The notes under the pieces: model-generated
The model's database searches: none
What the model was told of the DNA's origin: nothing
What the model saw: only the letters and a program-made list of their open reading frames with translations
In this document: in pieces, positions 23,530-35,869 of the stretch
Layout: each line of letters begins with the position of its first letter
How positions within the stretch are numbered: position 1 is the first letter of the stretch
Program-made: the position numbers and the translations under genes
Origin: Mobula hypostoma
Lineage: Eukaryota
Assembly (NCBI RefSeq): GCF_963921235.1
Contig: NC_086097.1
Location: 204,292,001 to 204,356,000 of the forward strand
Length of the DNA stretch: 64,000 nucleotides
Direction of reading: 5' to 3'

Positions 23530-25450
23530 ATTGTTGAATACTACATGTCTAGACATAAAGGACAGACAGCTACTGTTAACTGCATGTACAGAACTTACAT
23601 TTACTTCAATGAAATCAGCACTGAAGAGGACTTTTGGAGAAAAGGCCGCTTAGACAGCTGTCAGAATTAGTTTGAGTCTGGAAACGGCATACTTCACAGA
23701 ACAGAAATGAAAGTATAGCAAGTGTGGATCCCAGAGTGACTAGACAAGGGTACCATTACCTGGCACAAATTCAATAAACAAATACAGCAGGAGATCAAAA
23801 TTTGTGGTGTGACAAAGTATTCACCACTGGGCAGGAATCCGTCTGCACAGAACTGAACAAGTTTGGCTAACTGAAGAAAGTAACAAATCTGAAGATGTAG
23901 AAGAGTGTCATCACATTGCTTACGAAGGAATCACTTGCTAATATAGAGACATCTGAGGCAGAGATTTTGAAGATGGAATCTCTAGGCTCTGCTGTTATTG
24001 ATAGAGCATTCACACGCACAGTGTGCGGAGAAAAATGGCTTGAAAGCTATGTCAGTGAACTAAACCAGAATGAAGTGCATAAACTGGCAAACACAGATAC
24101 ACCCAGTTACAAAGCATTCACATTTGGAAATGGAAAGATTGTACATTTTATCAAATGAGTGAAAATTTCCACAAAAATAGGGCAGACACAATGTTACATT
24201 GAAACGGAGGTGGTACCAGAGAACATTCCATTACTCTTGAGTAAAATTTCTGTAAATAAAACAGGAGCAGTACTGGATATGGAGAATGACCAAGCAACGA
24301 TGTTTCAACAGCCAATGTCTATTGAGCTCCTCAGATCTGGATATTACTATGTGAACATTCCAGATAAAGTCATAACTGAGAATCAAAGTGAGAATGAAGT
24401 ACTAACTGTCACAGAAGACATGACCATAGATGAGAAATACAAAGTGTTGCTCAAACTTCACAAACAGTTTGGATAAACTTCAGAAACTACTCAGGAGTTC
24501 AGGAAAAAGAGATGCAGATTATTTTTCCATTCTAAAGCAGATAATTGACAGTTGTGAGACATGCCAAAAGTTTGAAAAGTCCAAGCCCAAGCCTACGGTT
24601 GGTCTGCCATGAGCATATGAATACAGTAGCCGTAGACCTATATCAACTTCAGCAACGAATGTGGTATCTCCACATCATTGAGTTCACATAGTTCAATGCT
24701 AGTAGCAATCGTAAACACAAAGAGCCCCTCAGAGATGGTAAAAAAAACTTCATCCATTTCTGGATAACTGTACATGGCCTATCTCGGAAAGTATTCTGTG
24801 ATAACAGAGGTGAATTTAATAAAGATGAATTCAGAGATATAGCAGAAAACTTTAGCTTTGAAACAAAGACAACAGCGGCATATAGTCCTGGAAAAATGGA
24901 CTTCTAAAGTAACATAATCAAATGCTAACTGAAATAATGCCGAAAGTAATGAAAAGAAATGGCTGTGCTTGGAACACAGCCCTGGACTGGGCCCTATGGC
25001 GAAGAATACTATGCACAATGTACATGGCTATAGCCCGTATCAATTGGTGTTCAGCCAGAATCCAAACCTTCCCTCTGTACTGGTTGAAAAGTCACCTGCT
25101 CTGGAGGACACTACAAGGAGTGAGTGGGTTGGTAAACATATTTCAGCACTGCATGCAGCAAGGAAGGCTTTTACTGAAGCAGAGAGTTCAGAGAGAATTT
25201 GAAGAGCACTGAGGGCACAGCTCCATCCTACAGCTGAGAAATATGAGACAGGGGACAAAGCGCATTACAGAAGAGCAGGCTGTATAGAATGGAAAGGCCA
25301 TAGAGTTGTTACTGGTCAGGATGGGGCTGCGGTATTCATGACACATGGAGGTACACACTGTACGTGAGAGTGCATCATTCCAGACTATGTAAAGCACAAA
25401 CTGAAAATGATCAGAACTCCATGGAGAATGACACCAATAAATTATCTGGT
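23530..25450 (+). mobile_element. Ty1/Copia relic resembling the GalEa clade (gag end, protease, integrase)
   Basis: AVIDRAFTRTVCGEKWL, FTFGNG, IPLLLSK (protease), then directly LHKQFG..CETC and integrase core VAVDL, DNRGEFN, TTAAYSP, HGYSPYQLVFSQNP; the PR-IN order is Copia-type. Confidence 0.75.
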
Positions 25451-25947
25451 GGACTGTCACATAGGTAGCACAGGGAGTGTAGCTAGGACCCCAACAGAGG
25501 TGCTCAACAGTGGCACACGCAGCGCTGGAGAGAGTGCAGCTGGGGACTTGACAGACTTGCCTGAACAGAAATCATCACAAGTGAAGGGGCCGGGAGGGAT
25601 ATACTCCAGGTTACTACAAGAAGTGGGCAAAGGGAGTTGTGCAACTTAGGCAATGATCATTGCATCCTCACTGGCCACAGGAGTAGCACCAGATGACTGG
25701 AGACTGGTAAAAGCAATTCCTTTGTTCGAGAAAGCGAGTAGGGATAACCCTGGGAATTATTGCCCCTTGAGCGTTACTTCAGTGGTGGGTAAATTATTGG
25801 AGAAGAATCTTAGTGAGATTCACTATCAGTAAGAGTATTCTAGACTTCTAATGAATATTTGGAGAAGCATGGTCTGATTAGGGATTTCCTGCATGGGTTC
25901 ATGAGGGGCAGGTCTTGCCTCACAAGCATGATTAAATTTTTTGCTTA

Positions 25948-26827
25948 TGTTACGTACCCCGTAACTGGGTTGCCAAACCAGCAGAAATGGATCACTCAGT
26001 TGGAGTCTGGAGTACTAGAACTAAGAAAGTTTTATTAAAGAAACAAGCAACACAGTAATCGAAAGGATAATAAATGCAACAGTTCAGTGATGATAAACAC
26101 ACATGTGCACAGAATTAAGATAACAGCATCAATCAAGCTCTATCGTTGTCGAGGGGTAAATGACCAATTTCAAAATGACTCAAAGTTCAGTCCAGTTTAG
26201 TAGTTCAGTTCGCAGTAATCGTTGCCATGGCGGTGGACAACGTGGGGGAAGAGAGACATAGAATAGGAACAACTCATCATTCAGCACAGCTTCACTCACA
26301 GACCAGCAAGATGACTCACAGACCAGCGAGATGGTTCACCAACAGCTTTTGGGCGGGTCCTTGGTGATGTCACCTGAGGTCACCGACTGTGACCCCTCCT
26401 CCAGATGCGGTCGATCCTCTGCAGTGAACCCGGCACCCAGGCAAGGGCGGACACACACCGGGTTCCCGCTGATCGTACCTTTCCACCCTGGTCGTTGTCT
26501 GGCACTTCTCACCCACTCGTGAGAAGCGTACCGCTTCCAGGGTCTCGTTACCTCGGGTGGCGTGTGTGTCTGTCTTAGCGAACCTGTCCCTTTTTATCCC
26601 CCTGCTGGGGTATCGCCTGTCCATCACTTCAAACAGTTCAGGGTTCAAAGGGGGGAGCCGCTCCAGACAGCTCTTCCTCCCACATCCCTTCATTACACAT
26701 CTCCAGACGCTGCTCCATTGTTCCTTATCTCTCCTTCCCCTGAGGGCAGGTGGCAGACCAACTGCTGATGCCACTGATGCTAGCCCAGGCCAGCAAACAT
26801 CTTAATTTTATGTGTATTCTCGTAACA
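25948..26827 (-). mobile_element. Solo LTR related to 7643-8472
   Basis: TGTTACG...CGTAACA termini; terminal TGTTACGTACCCCGTAACTGGGTTGCCAAACCAGCAGAAA is the reverse complement of the 3' end of 7643-8472; no TSD. Confidence 0.88.
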
Positions 26828-26849
26828 GGGATATGACAAAGCACATTAT

Positions 26850-27103
26850 TTATCTATTTTTTTAAATTTTGAGATATAGCATGGTAACAGACTGTCCTAG
26901 CTAACCCAATTACACCCATGTGACTAATTAACCTAGTAACTCATATGTCTTTGGAATGTGGGAGGAAACTGGAGCATTCCAAGGAAACCCACACAGTCAT
27001 GTTGCAAAGGTATAAATCCCTTACAGGCAGCAGCGGGAATTGAACCTAGGTCACTGGTACTGTAATAGCGTTATGCTGACAACTTTGCTACCATGCTGCC
27101 CCC
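26850..27103 (-). mobile_element. V-SINE
   Basis: GGAATGTGGGAGGAAACTGGAGCA core and GGGAATTGAACC B-box; CATT at both junctions. Confidence 0.8.
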
Positions 27104-27439
27104 ATTGATGAAGGTAGAGCAGTGGATGTGGTTCTCCCTGGTAGACTCATTCAGAAAGTCATGAAGTGTGGGGAAGGATTTGAAGAATGCTTGTAGGGTC
27201 AATTGACAGACCCGAAATGTCGACTCATCGTTTCTGACTGATGCTGCCCGACCTGCTGAGTTCATCTAGAATTGTGCTGTCTTTGGCTGGGTGAATGGCA
27301 GTGAGGAATACATGACGAAGAGATTATGGGAATGAGACATGACCAGTAACTGTGGCTCTTGTGAACATGATTCTACTAGTTTTAAGATAGCGATGGAAAA
27401 GGACAGGGTTGGGGTCCTGAACTGGAGCTGAGCTAACTT

Positions 27440-27955
27440 TTTTACTTTATACTTTATTGTCACCAAACAATTGGTACTAGAACGTACAATCATCACAGTG
27501 ATATTTCATTCTGCCCTTCACACTCCCTGGATTACAAGTATTAAATACTAAAAATATTAAAAATAGTTAAAATTAGTAAATATTAAAAATTTAAATTATA
27601 AATCATAAATAGAAAATAGAAAAATGGGAAGTAAGTTAGTGCAAAAAAACCAAGAGGCAGGTCTGGATATTTGGAGGGTACGGCTCAGATCCGGGTCAGG
27701 ATCCGTTCAGCAGTCTTATCACAGTTGGAAAGAAGCTGTTCCCAAATCTGGCCGTATGCGTCTTCAAGCTCCTGAGTCTTCTCCTGGAGGGAAGAGGGAT
27801 GAAAAGTGTGTTGGCTGGGTGGGTCGTGTCCTTGATTATCCTGGCAGCACTGCTCCGACAGCGTGCGGTGTAAAGTGAGTCCAAAGACGGAAGGTTGGTT
27901 TGTGTGATGTGCTGTGCCGTGTTTGCGATCTTCTGCTGCTTTTTTCGGTCTTGGG
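27440..27955 (-). mobile_element. Rex1/Babar 3' fragment
   Basis: IIKDTTHPANTLFIPLPSRRR..RFGNSFFPTVIRLLN followed by 3' UTR. Confidence 0.85.
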
Positions 27956-28249
27956 GAGGTTAGACAAAATCTATCAATTTGTTTGAAGTTATGAACATGG
28001 CCCTTGAATGAGAGAGGTGCTTTAGACAAGCAGAAATCAATACCAAGCCTAACTGTGAATGTTTAGGTCTGAAAGGGAGAAAGGTTTTTTTAAAAATATA
28101 TAATGCCAAATGAGGCCAAAAAGAATTTCAATGTTTTGCACAAAAGAGAAGCATATGCTAGTGTATAGAAAAGCACTAATATTGGAAATGTAAAGCTATT
28201 TTTGACCAGCTGGTTAAAATTCAAACATCATGCCATAATTATGACTTAG

Positions 28250-28620
28250 ACTATAAGACCATAAGACATAGGAGCAGAATTAGTCCATCTGGCCCATCAT
28301 GTCTGCTCCACCATTCAATCATGGCTGATCCTCCTTTTCTAATTCTTCCTCAACCCCATTTATCAGCCTTCTCTGTGTATCCTTCAATGCTATGTCCAAT
28401 CAAAAAGCTATCAATCTCTGCCTTAAATACACTCAATGACCTGGCCTCCACAGCTTCAGGTGGCAACAAATTCCACAAATTCACCACCCTTTGGCTAAAG
28501 AAATTTTGCCGCATCTCTGTTTTGAAAGGGCGCCCCTCTATCCTGAGGCTGTGCCCTCTTGTCCTGGACTCCCCCACCATGGGAAACATCCTTTCCACAT
28601 CTACTCTGTCTAGGCCTTAT
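28250..28620 (-). mobile_element. CR1 3' end
   Basis: MFPMVGESRTRGHSLRI..FFSQRVVNLWN; (CATAAGAC)n tail. Confidence 0.9.
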
Positions 28621-28739
28621 TTGGAGCTGAATATTTAAATTAAGAGGCAAATTTATAGTACCTGTAAGATAGAAATCTCAACCAATTATAGATGTAACCA
28701 TGATATATTATTTCATAAAATATGAAATTTCTTTGTTAT

Positions 28740-30149
28740 TGTCTTGAGCCCTGCAGCCTCTGTAGCTTGACCCAGTGTGCTGAGCTTATCAGGTTCCTGA
28801 GCACCTGTATTTGCTAATCATTATCTTAATCAGGGCAGTTAAGCATTTGCGCTTTCAGTTTAAGCTTGTCAAGTTAATTGTGACTGGTACGTGTTTCCCG
28901 CATGCTATGATTATTTAAAGAGGACTCTCTTTCAGTACCTTAACAGAGCCATTGTGTTGGACAGAATGAATTGTCTTGTGGTGTTGTTCAGTCACTCCGC
29001 TAAGGCTATGTTGGTATTTCTATGTCTAAGCTTTTGTTCCTGTCTCTTCATGCGGATTCTGCCTTTCCTCTGTTCCTGGGCTAGTCATGAGCCTGCCATC
29101 CTGAACTCCTGGGTTGAGTCAGTGCCAGCGATCCCCATGACAGAGAAAGCCTTCACACTTGGATCCAGTCCTCTGTGAGCACACTGACAGAATCACTCCC
29201 AGCAGAAGCTTCATTCTGAGCTTCTCCAGTCTGCATTCAAGATTTTTCCTGAGGTTCTCTGGGTCAACTAGGTCTTTCATATTATGCTATGTTTCTGAGT
29301 TATATGCTATGCTCCTGAGCTTTATGGCAGATCTGAACTGAATTTTCCAGTCCTGTCTCAAGAGCATCAGGTCCGCCTCGTGCTTTTCAGATCTACCTCA
29401 GAAGCATCAGAGCTGTTCTGAATTTTCGGGAGCTGCCCTGAACATCAGGTCTGCCTTGTGTTTTTCAGACCTGCCTTGAGAGCTCTGGATTTTTTGGGGA
29501 TTTTCCAGCCCTACCCTAAGAGCATCATCTGCATTGTGTTTTTCAGATCTGCCCCAGGAGCACCAGAACTGCTTTGGATTTTCCAGTGATGCCTAGAACA
29601 TCAGGACTGCCTTGTGTTTTTCAGCCCTGCCCCAAGAGCTCCCTGGACTGTAAGGTGCTGGCCGTAGGGGAAGATATACTGTCATGAGCCCTGTAGTTTC
29701 TGCAGCTTGTCATAGAAAGTTGAGTTTGTAGGGTTCTTAAGCACCTGTATTTACTCATTGTTATCTTAACTAGCCCTTAACTAGGGAAGTGCTTTTGGTT
29801 TAATCTTGTCAAGTTAAATGCTTGTGTGGCCCACATTGTGATTATTTAAAGAGGACTCTCATTTCGTACCTTACTAGAGGAATTCTGTTGGAGAGAATAA
29901 ATTGTCTCATGGTGTTGCTCAGTTGCTCCTCCATGGCTCTGTTGGTATTTCTATGTCTAACTTCTTGTTTCTGTCTGCTCCTGGGGACTCTGCTGTTTCT
30001 CTGCTCCTGGGTTGAGTTGTGAGCCTGCTGTTCTCAACTCCTGGGGTGAGTCAGTGCCGGCGACACCCCCCCCCCCCCACCATCCCAATGACAAAAAGCC
30101 TGCTGTTCCTCTGCACTTGGGTCCATTCCTCCGAGAGCACACTGTGACA
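28740..30149 (+). mobile_element. Non-autonomous two-LTR element (TRIM-like): LTRs 28740-29189 and 29680-30149, non-coding interior
   Basis: Direct repeats TGTC(T/A)TGAGCCCTG...GAGCACACTG(TG)ACA; PPT-like TAGGGGAAGATATAC just before the second LTR; degenerate internal tandem repeats. Confidence 0.85.
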
Positions 30150-30874
30150 AGTATTGATGTCCTGTGTTTAGAATAGTCAATTATTTCGAATTCACTTTGC
30201 ATGACTCAACATGTTATCCATTAGTCTGGCCCATATTGCAGATAAAATAGCTACATCTCTGTAGTTACTTTAATCAGTATAATTTAATCAAGTTAATCTC
30301 CATGAAGCAGTGTGATCTCCATGAAGCAGTCTTGTAAAAGATCAGCCAGCAATGAGAAGATAAAGTTAATTCTAACATGAGTATAAATTATCTGACCTTT
30401 TTTTAAACTACTGCAATAATAGTAACAGGTCCCTACTTTCAAAGTAGCTTACCATAAATAATTTTACAATTGATGTCTTCTCATTGATCCATTTTAGTGT
30501 TAATACTAAAGCTACTGTTCTGTTTGCCCAAATTATTAATGTTCTTCCCAGTGTCATTATTTGTCCATTGAAAAAGGACACAGAATTTACTTATACAGAG
30601 CATTCAATGTTTATAATTGAAAGACTGAGCTGACCTATCCAATCTATTGAATACAAGGTGTTTTAATTAATAGAACTTCTTGAGGAAACTTTTTAATGTG
30701 TTGGGGAAGTAAATGAACAGGTACAGCCTGTGTTTTGAGGGTAAATGTCAACATTTTTCCATATACTGCTGAGACACACAGGAAACTGTTGGCAATTTGG
30801 GGATTTCTGATTCATAATGGAAGCTCCATAGCTGTGACTAGTGCCTTGCCTGTATATCTGTTTTTTAAAGCTTT

Positions 30875-31175
30875 GCTTTATTTGTCACATAAATTGAAAC
30901 ATTGAAACATGCATCATTTGCGTCAAATTAAGTTGATGAGGATTGCGCTGGGGGCAGCCTGTAAGTGTCAGCACACTTCTGGCACCAACATAGCATGCCC
31001 ACAATTTACTGACCCTAACTGTACACCTTTGAAATGTGGGAGGAATCTACAGTAGTCCTTTAGAAAACTCACGTGACTGGGGGGAGAACATCTCTTTACA
31101 GACAGTGGTGGGAATCAAGGCCAGATCAGTGATTACTGGTGCTGTAAAGTTATTATGTTAAACACTGCATGACAG
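30875..31175 (-). mobile_element. V-SINE with LINE-like 3' tail
   Basis: AATGTGGGAGGAA core; tail GCATCATTTGCGTCAA..GCAGCCTGTAAGTGTC also seen at ~4720-4805 and ~57915-58045. Confidence 0.65.
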
Positions 31176-31479
31176 TCCCACCCTTATTCCTGAATGTTCT
31201 TCCTATGGTATTTAGTGTGAGGTCCAAAAATTATGGTGTGGGTATCAATGAAGACATCCTTTACCCTACTTACCCATTCATTTCAGCATTTGTCTGTATT
31301 AAGACCATAAGATATAGGAGCAGGATTAGGCTATTTGGCCCATCAAGGATTCGATACCTTGAATTTATAAAATTGCTTCACATTATTTTAGACATTTTGG
31401 GTAGATTTAATAGCTTCAGCTATGAATATGTATTTAAATAAAAGTACTGGAGAGTTTGAGTTATAAGTAGAAATTTGAC

Positions 31480-31860
31480 AGGCTGGAACTGTATTCCTTG
31501 CAGCAAAGTGGGCTGAGGGGTGACCTCAGACTGATTAATAAAATTCCCTATAAAGGACATGGATATGCTAACCTTTTTCCCTGGGGAGGGAATTCTAAAC
31601 CAAGAGGGCATATATTTAAGTTGAGAGGGGGAATATATAATGGGTTTCAGAGGAGCAAGCTTTTAAGTACAAAAAGTGCTGGGTGGGTACACAGAGTGAG
31701 TTGCTAAAGGAGATGGCGGAGTCAGGTACTTCAAAAGATATTTGGATGGGATTGGAGGGATATGGACCAAACATAGGAACATGGTAGGGTATGGTAGAAC
31801 TTAGTAGCATACCTAGTTTGGCATGGATGAATTGAGCTATTCTCTACCCTCTATGAATCT
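31480..31860 (+). mobile_element. CR1 3' fragment, decayed
   Basis: LRGDL..LFP..SKPRGHIFKLRG. Confidence 0.7.
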
Positions 31861-32278
31861 AAAGTAACATTACAGCACGAGTCTTTCAGACAGCTCAGAC
31901 CACAGTAAGAAAAGGCTGAACTCACTTTCAGTCTCTCAACGCTTTTGGGATTCAGTTTTGTTTTGATGCCCTTGTACATGGGTCTGCATTATATCGTGAA
32001 AACACTTTTAGTGAGTGGAGCCATGACGTGAGGGATCGAACCAGCTATCCCCCTTGATTTGCAGTTGTGCAGGCCATTTTAGATCAGTTTGTCTTTTGCA
32101 TATCTAATATTCTGAATGGAACTGTCTGACTTGGTTAAATAGAACAGAGCATGGAAGTGACCTGTTTGTTTTTAATTGATTTCTAGTTGGATAGGATATT
32201 TTATGTATTTTTCTTAGTTTTAAAAAATAATTCTTTAACAAATCATTTCCATTTATGTGAGGTTTTCAATAACTCCAG

Positions 32279-32333
32279 GGAATAACCATGGCAACTGGGC
32301 TTATCAGTCAATCATCCAGTGAAACATCAGAAG
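32279..32333 (+). other. Candidate 55-bp host exon containing a start codon
   Basis: CTCCAG acceptor (AG 32277-32278), ACCATGG Kozak context (ATG 32288), AAG|GTAAGT donor at 32334, in non-repetitive sequence. Confidence 0.3.
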
Positions 32334-32759
32334 GTAAGTGTTGTCACAGGAAAAGCAAAGGAGCAAGTTCAGCTGGTGAGGTTGATTGCAGAAGATCTGA
32401 TTTAAAGAATCATAGAAACTTTGGGTCGTGTAACCCATTATATTTACCCAGTCAAAGGAAAGAGCCTTTTAGGCTAAACCCATTTCTCAATTCCCAGTCC
32501 ACAGCCTTGTAAGACGCAAAAGTTTAGGTAATTCAGGGTACCTGTTGATGCTGGTGTTCATCCCACAGTTTGTGCCAGTGGAGAATGACTTTGCAATTTT
32601 GTATTGTGATCACACCATGATATGTGCTGTGTTTGTTCAGTTAGTTTTCTGGAGCTCAAACACAAGGGTCCACTGCCATATTTCTATATTTTCTTATGCC
32701 ATGGAAGGAGGGAATTTGACCTATTGACTCTTGCTAGAGCCATAGATCCTCTGAACTAC

Positions 32760-33315
32760 TGTGTGGTGAAAAAGGCACAACAGCACCTCTTTTACCTCAG
32801 AAGGTTGAAGAAGTTTGGTATGGGCCCTCAATTCCTAAGGACTTCCTATAGGGGCACAATTGAGAGTATCCTGACTGGCTGCTTCACTGACTGGTATGGT
32901 AACCGTAATTCCCTCAATCACAGGATTCTGCAGAGAGTGGTGCAGACAGCCCAGCACATCTGTAGATATAAACTTCCTAGTTTTCAGGACATTTACAAAG
33001 ATAGGTGTGCGTATACAAAAAACAAGTCCCGAAAGATCACTAGGGACCCAAGTCACCCCAACCACGAACTGTTCCAGCTGCTACCATTCGGGAAATGGTA
33101 CTGCAGCATAAAAGCCAGGACCACAAGCTCCAGGACAGTTTCTTCCACCAGGCCACCAGACTGCTTAATTCACACTGACACAACTGTATTTCTATGTTAT
33201 ATTGACTATCCTGTTGTACATACTATATATTATAAATTGCACATTTAGACAGACGTAATGTAGATTTTTACTCTTCATGTATATGAAGGACATAAGTAAT
33301 AAAGTCAATTCAATT
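32760..33315 (+). mobile_element. Rex1/Babar 3' fragment
   Basis: KKAQQHLFYLRRLKKFG..YRGTIESILTGC..DPSHPNHELFQLLP; AATAAA plus (CAATT)n tail. Confidence 0.88.
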
Positions 33316-34504
33316 TCTTGTGTAATGCTAATGTTGAAGAGTGTTTCATGTAATAGTCTCTCTGTAGAAGCAGTGTTTGGATTACTATTGGAGATAAAGG
33401 GATGCTTAGGAATGTTGTCCATCCAAGCAGGAGACTGGAATGAGAAGGTTCTAGAGAAGGCTGGGGGAGCAGTTTTGTGATGGACACCGGTGGTGGGTCT
33501 TTGTCTTTGCTCAGTGGGAGATGAAGAGAGAGGCTTTGGAGAGGACTGGTCATAGGATTCAATGCAGCCCAGGTGCAGAGGTCTGCCGAGGATTGGTGAA
33601 TATGGCTTTTGGAAGATTTGAGCTTGAACCCGTGCACATTAAACTGCTTAATTATAATGGACCCTTTCATTTTTTTCCCCTTTCTTATCTTTACCAACTC
33701 TTTGGTTAAGTTAATGTTCACAGATATGTTTTATAACTTTATGCAGTGTGTGATCTGCTATTTTATGCTGACTGGCTACTACAGGGTAGCAAATCATACA
33801 GCATTCACACAAACTGGGGTCAGGGTGAGCGAGACATCCCAACCCCACAGATCCGGCAGGACTAAAGTCATATATTCCCTAGATGTATGAAGCCAGAGAA
33901 AGGTCGGTTCTCACCATGGAATCCAGTGACTGTTAGTAAGAAGCTAAGGAACTACATTTCCAGAGATGCCCAGCACAAGGGGGTTTCACTTGCAACCTAG
34001 GTATTACTACCCTGGTTCTCCAGAGGCAAATTCCAATGGCCAATTATTCCATTATTCTCCCCTTTCTTAGAGGAAACCTGAGCATTGAGAGAAGCACATG
34101 CAGTGACGGGGGAAATGAGCAAGTCTCATACAGACTGCACTGGAGATTAGGATTAAACCCAGGAGGCTCATGGTTTGTGGTGCCAATGTTACCAGTTGCA
34201 CCTCCAAGCTTCCAAGCATCGGCTTTACTCTAAAATTGGTCAAGGTTCTATTTCAAAATGACTGCAGTCGAAATAAGGTACTCTTCTAAAAGTAAAAGAC
34301 TGATGCATAGAACTTTGGCCCACCAGTGCATACTACCATGTGCACATCTCAGAGTTAGGTCAAACTAACAATCATTTCCTTATCAAATCATGCCAAATGT
34401 GCAACTGATTTGGGCACTACCATGTGTGGTTTAATTTCGGCACATGTGCTGATTACTAGCATCAGACTTTCAGTGATTGTAGGATGTATATTTCTTCCAT
34501 TACC

Positions 34505-34790
34505 AGCACAGTAGCATAGTGGTAAGCACAATGGCTTGCAGTACCAGCGACCTGGGTTCAATTCCCGCCACTGCCTGTAGAGAGTTTGTGCGTTCTCTCT
34601 CTGAGCACACAGGTTTCCTCTGGGTGCTCCGGCTTCCTCCTGCGGTCAAAGACAAACTGCTTAGTAGCTTAATAGGTCATTGTAAACTGCCCCGTGATTA
34701 TGCTTGGATGAGGTTAGGGGATTGCTGGGCAGTGAGGCTCAAAGGGCAGGAAGGGCCTTTTCTGTGCTGTATCTCAATAAAGTAAAAAAT
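34505..34790 (+). mobile_element. V-SINE
   Basis: A-box TAGCATAGTGG, B-box GGGTTCAATTCCC, V-core GGTTTCCTCTGGGTGCTCCGG, AATAAA end. Confidence 0.85.
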
Positions 34791-35869
34791 AGAGCTTTCA
34801 AAGTAAGCCAACGTCTTTGTTGTACACTTGTAGTAAAGCTAACAACGCACTATCCGAGGTTTGGAAATTAAGCAGCAGCAATTAAAGGGCAGTGTTGTGT
34901 TAATATCTTGCACACATCTTCCAGCCTCACTATCCTGTGCATAACATTACAGAAAATTAAACAGCGGGGCCTTCTCAGCTGGTCACAGGCTCTTTTTAAA
35001 ACTTAATTCTGAATTGAATAAGGTGACCACTACTTCCTTGATCACCCGCTCTCCACTCGTTTCTCAGGATTCAATCAGGCTGGTTCAGCATGTGTTTGTG
35101 TGACCAGACTTATTAGAGAGCACTGCTCCCCTCTGCCTGTGCAGCCCTTGCTTGTATGACAGGCTTTTCTCTCACTGTACTGTGGTTGACATAATTTGGC
35201 TCTTCAACTGCTGACTTGTTCCCTTGTATTCAGCTTGGCGTTGAGACAGCAGTCATGAGCACTGCATTAGTTGCTGATGGGAATGCACAAGTCTCATTTT
35301 TATCCATGGGCTAGTTACAATGATGTTGTTTTCAACATACCTTTGTCAATTTTTTCCAGACAGCGGAGTGGATAGGAGTAGTATATGCTGCACAGTTTTC
35401 AAAAACAAAAAGGGTGGTTTTTCCATTTTCAGGCTGTGAACAAGGAATGAATAGTAGGTGAAATCTAATGGTCCCAGAAAGGACCAGTTCTGTCAGAGAA
35501 TTCATCTTAAGAAATTATTGGCATGAAATATAAATGCCATACCCTCCAGACAAACAATCCTTAATGTTTGTCAGTAGTTGTAGCAGCCGGGTTACAATGT
35601 CAAGAACAGTTTACTCATGGACCTGACACTTCAAACCTCACTAATGCAGCCAAAGAAAGCAGAATGGCTCTACTGAGCCAGAGGAAAGTATTACACCATG
35701 ACTAAGATAACTTTCAGAAAATGAATTTTTTGTCTGGAAACATGTATATTTGAAGTGTGGTGAAGTTCATTAACTGGAAAGAGGATCAACTTTTATATGA
35801 TAAACTGCAAAATACATTGTGTATATGAGGCTTGTCAGCTGACTTATTTGCTACAACCAGGATGTGTTC

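Larger units (their letters stand above)
25590..27440 (+). mobile_element. Decayed CR1 RT segment split by LTR, SINE and Penelope-tail insertions
   Basis: PDDWR..PLFEK..DNPGNY..HGFMRGRSCLT up to 25943; continues at 26828-26848 and 27104-27135 (IDEGRAVDV). Confidence 0.75.

Noticed and set aside
34505..34575. tRNA gene
   Set aside because: The A/B boxes run directly into a V-SINE core, so this is a SINE head without a complete cloverleaf.
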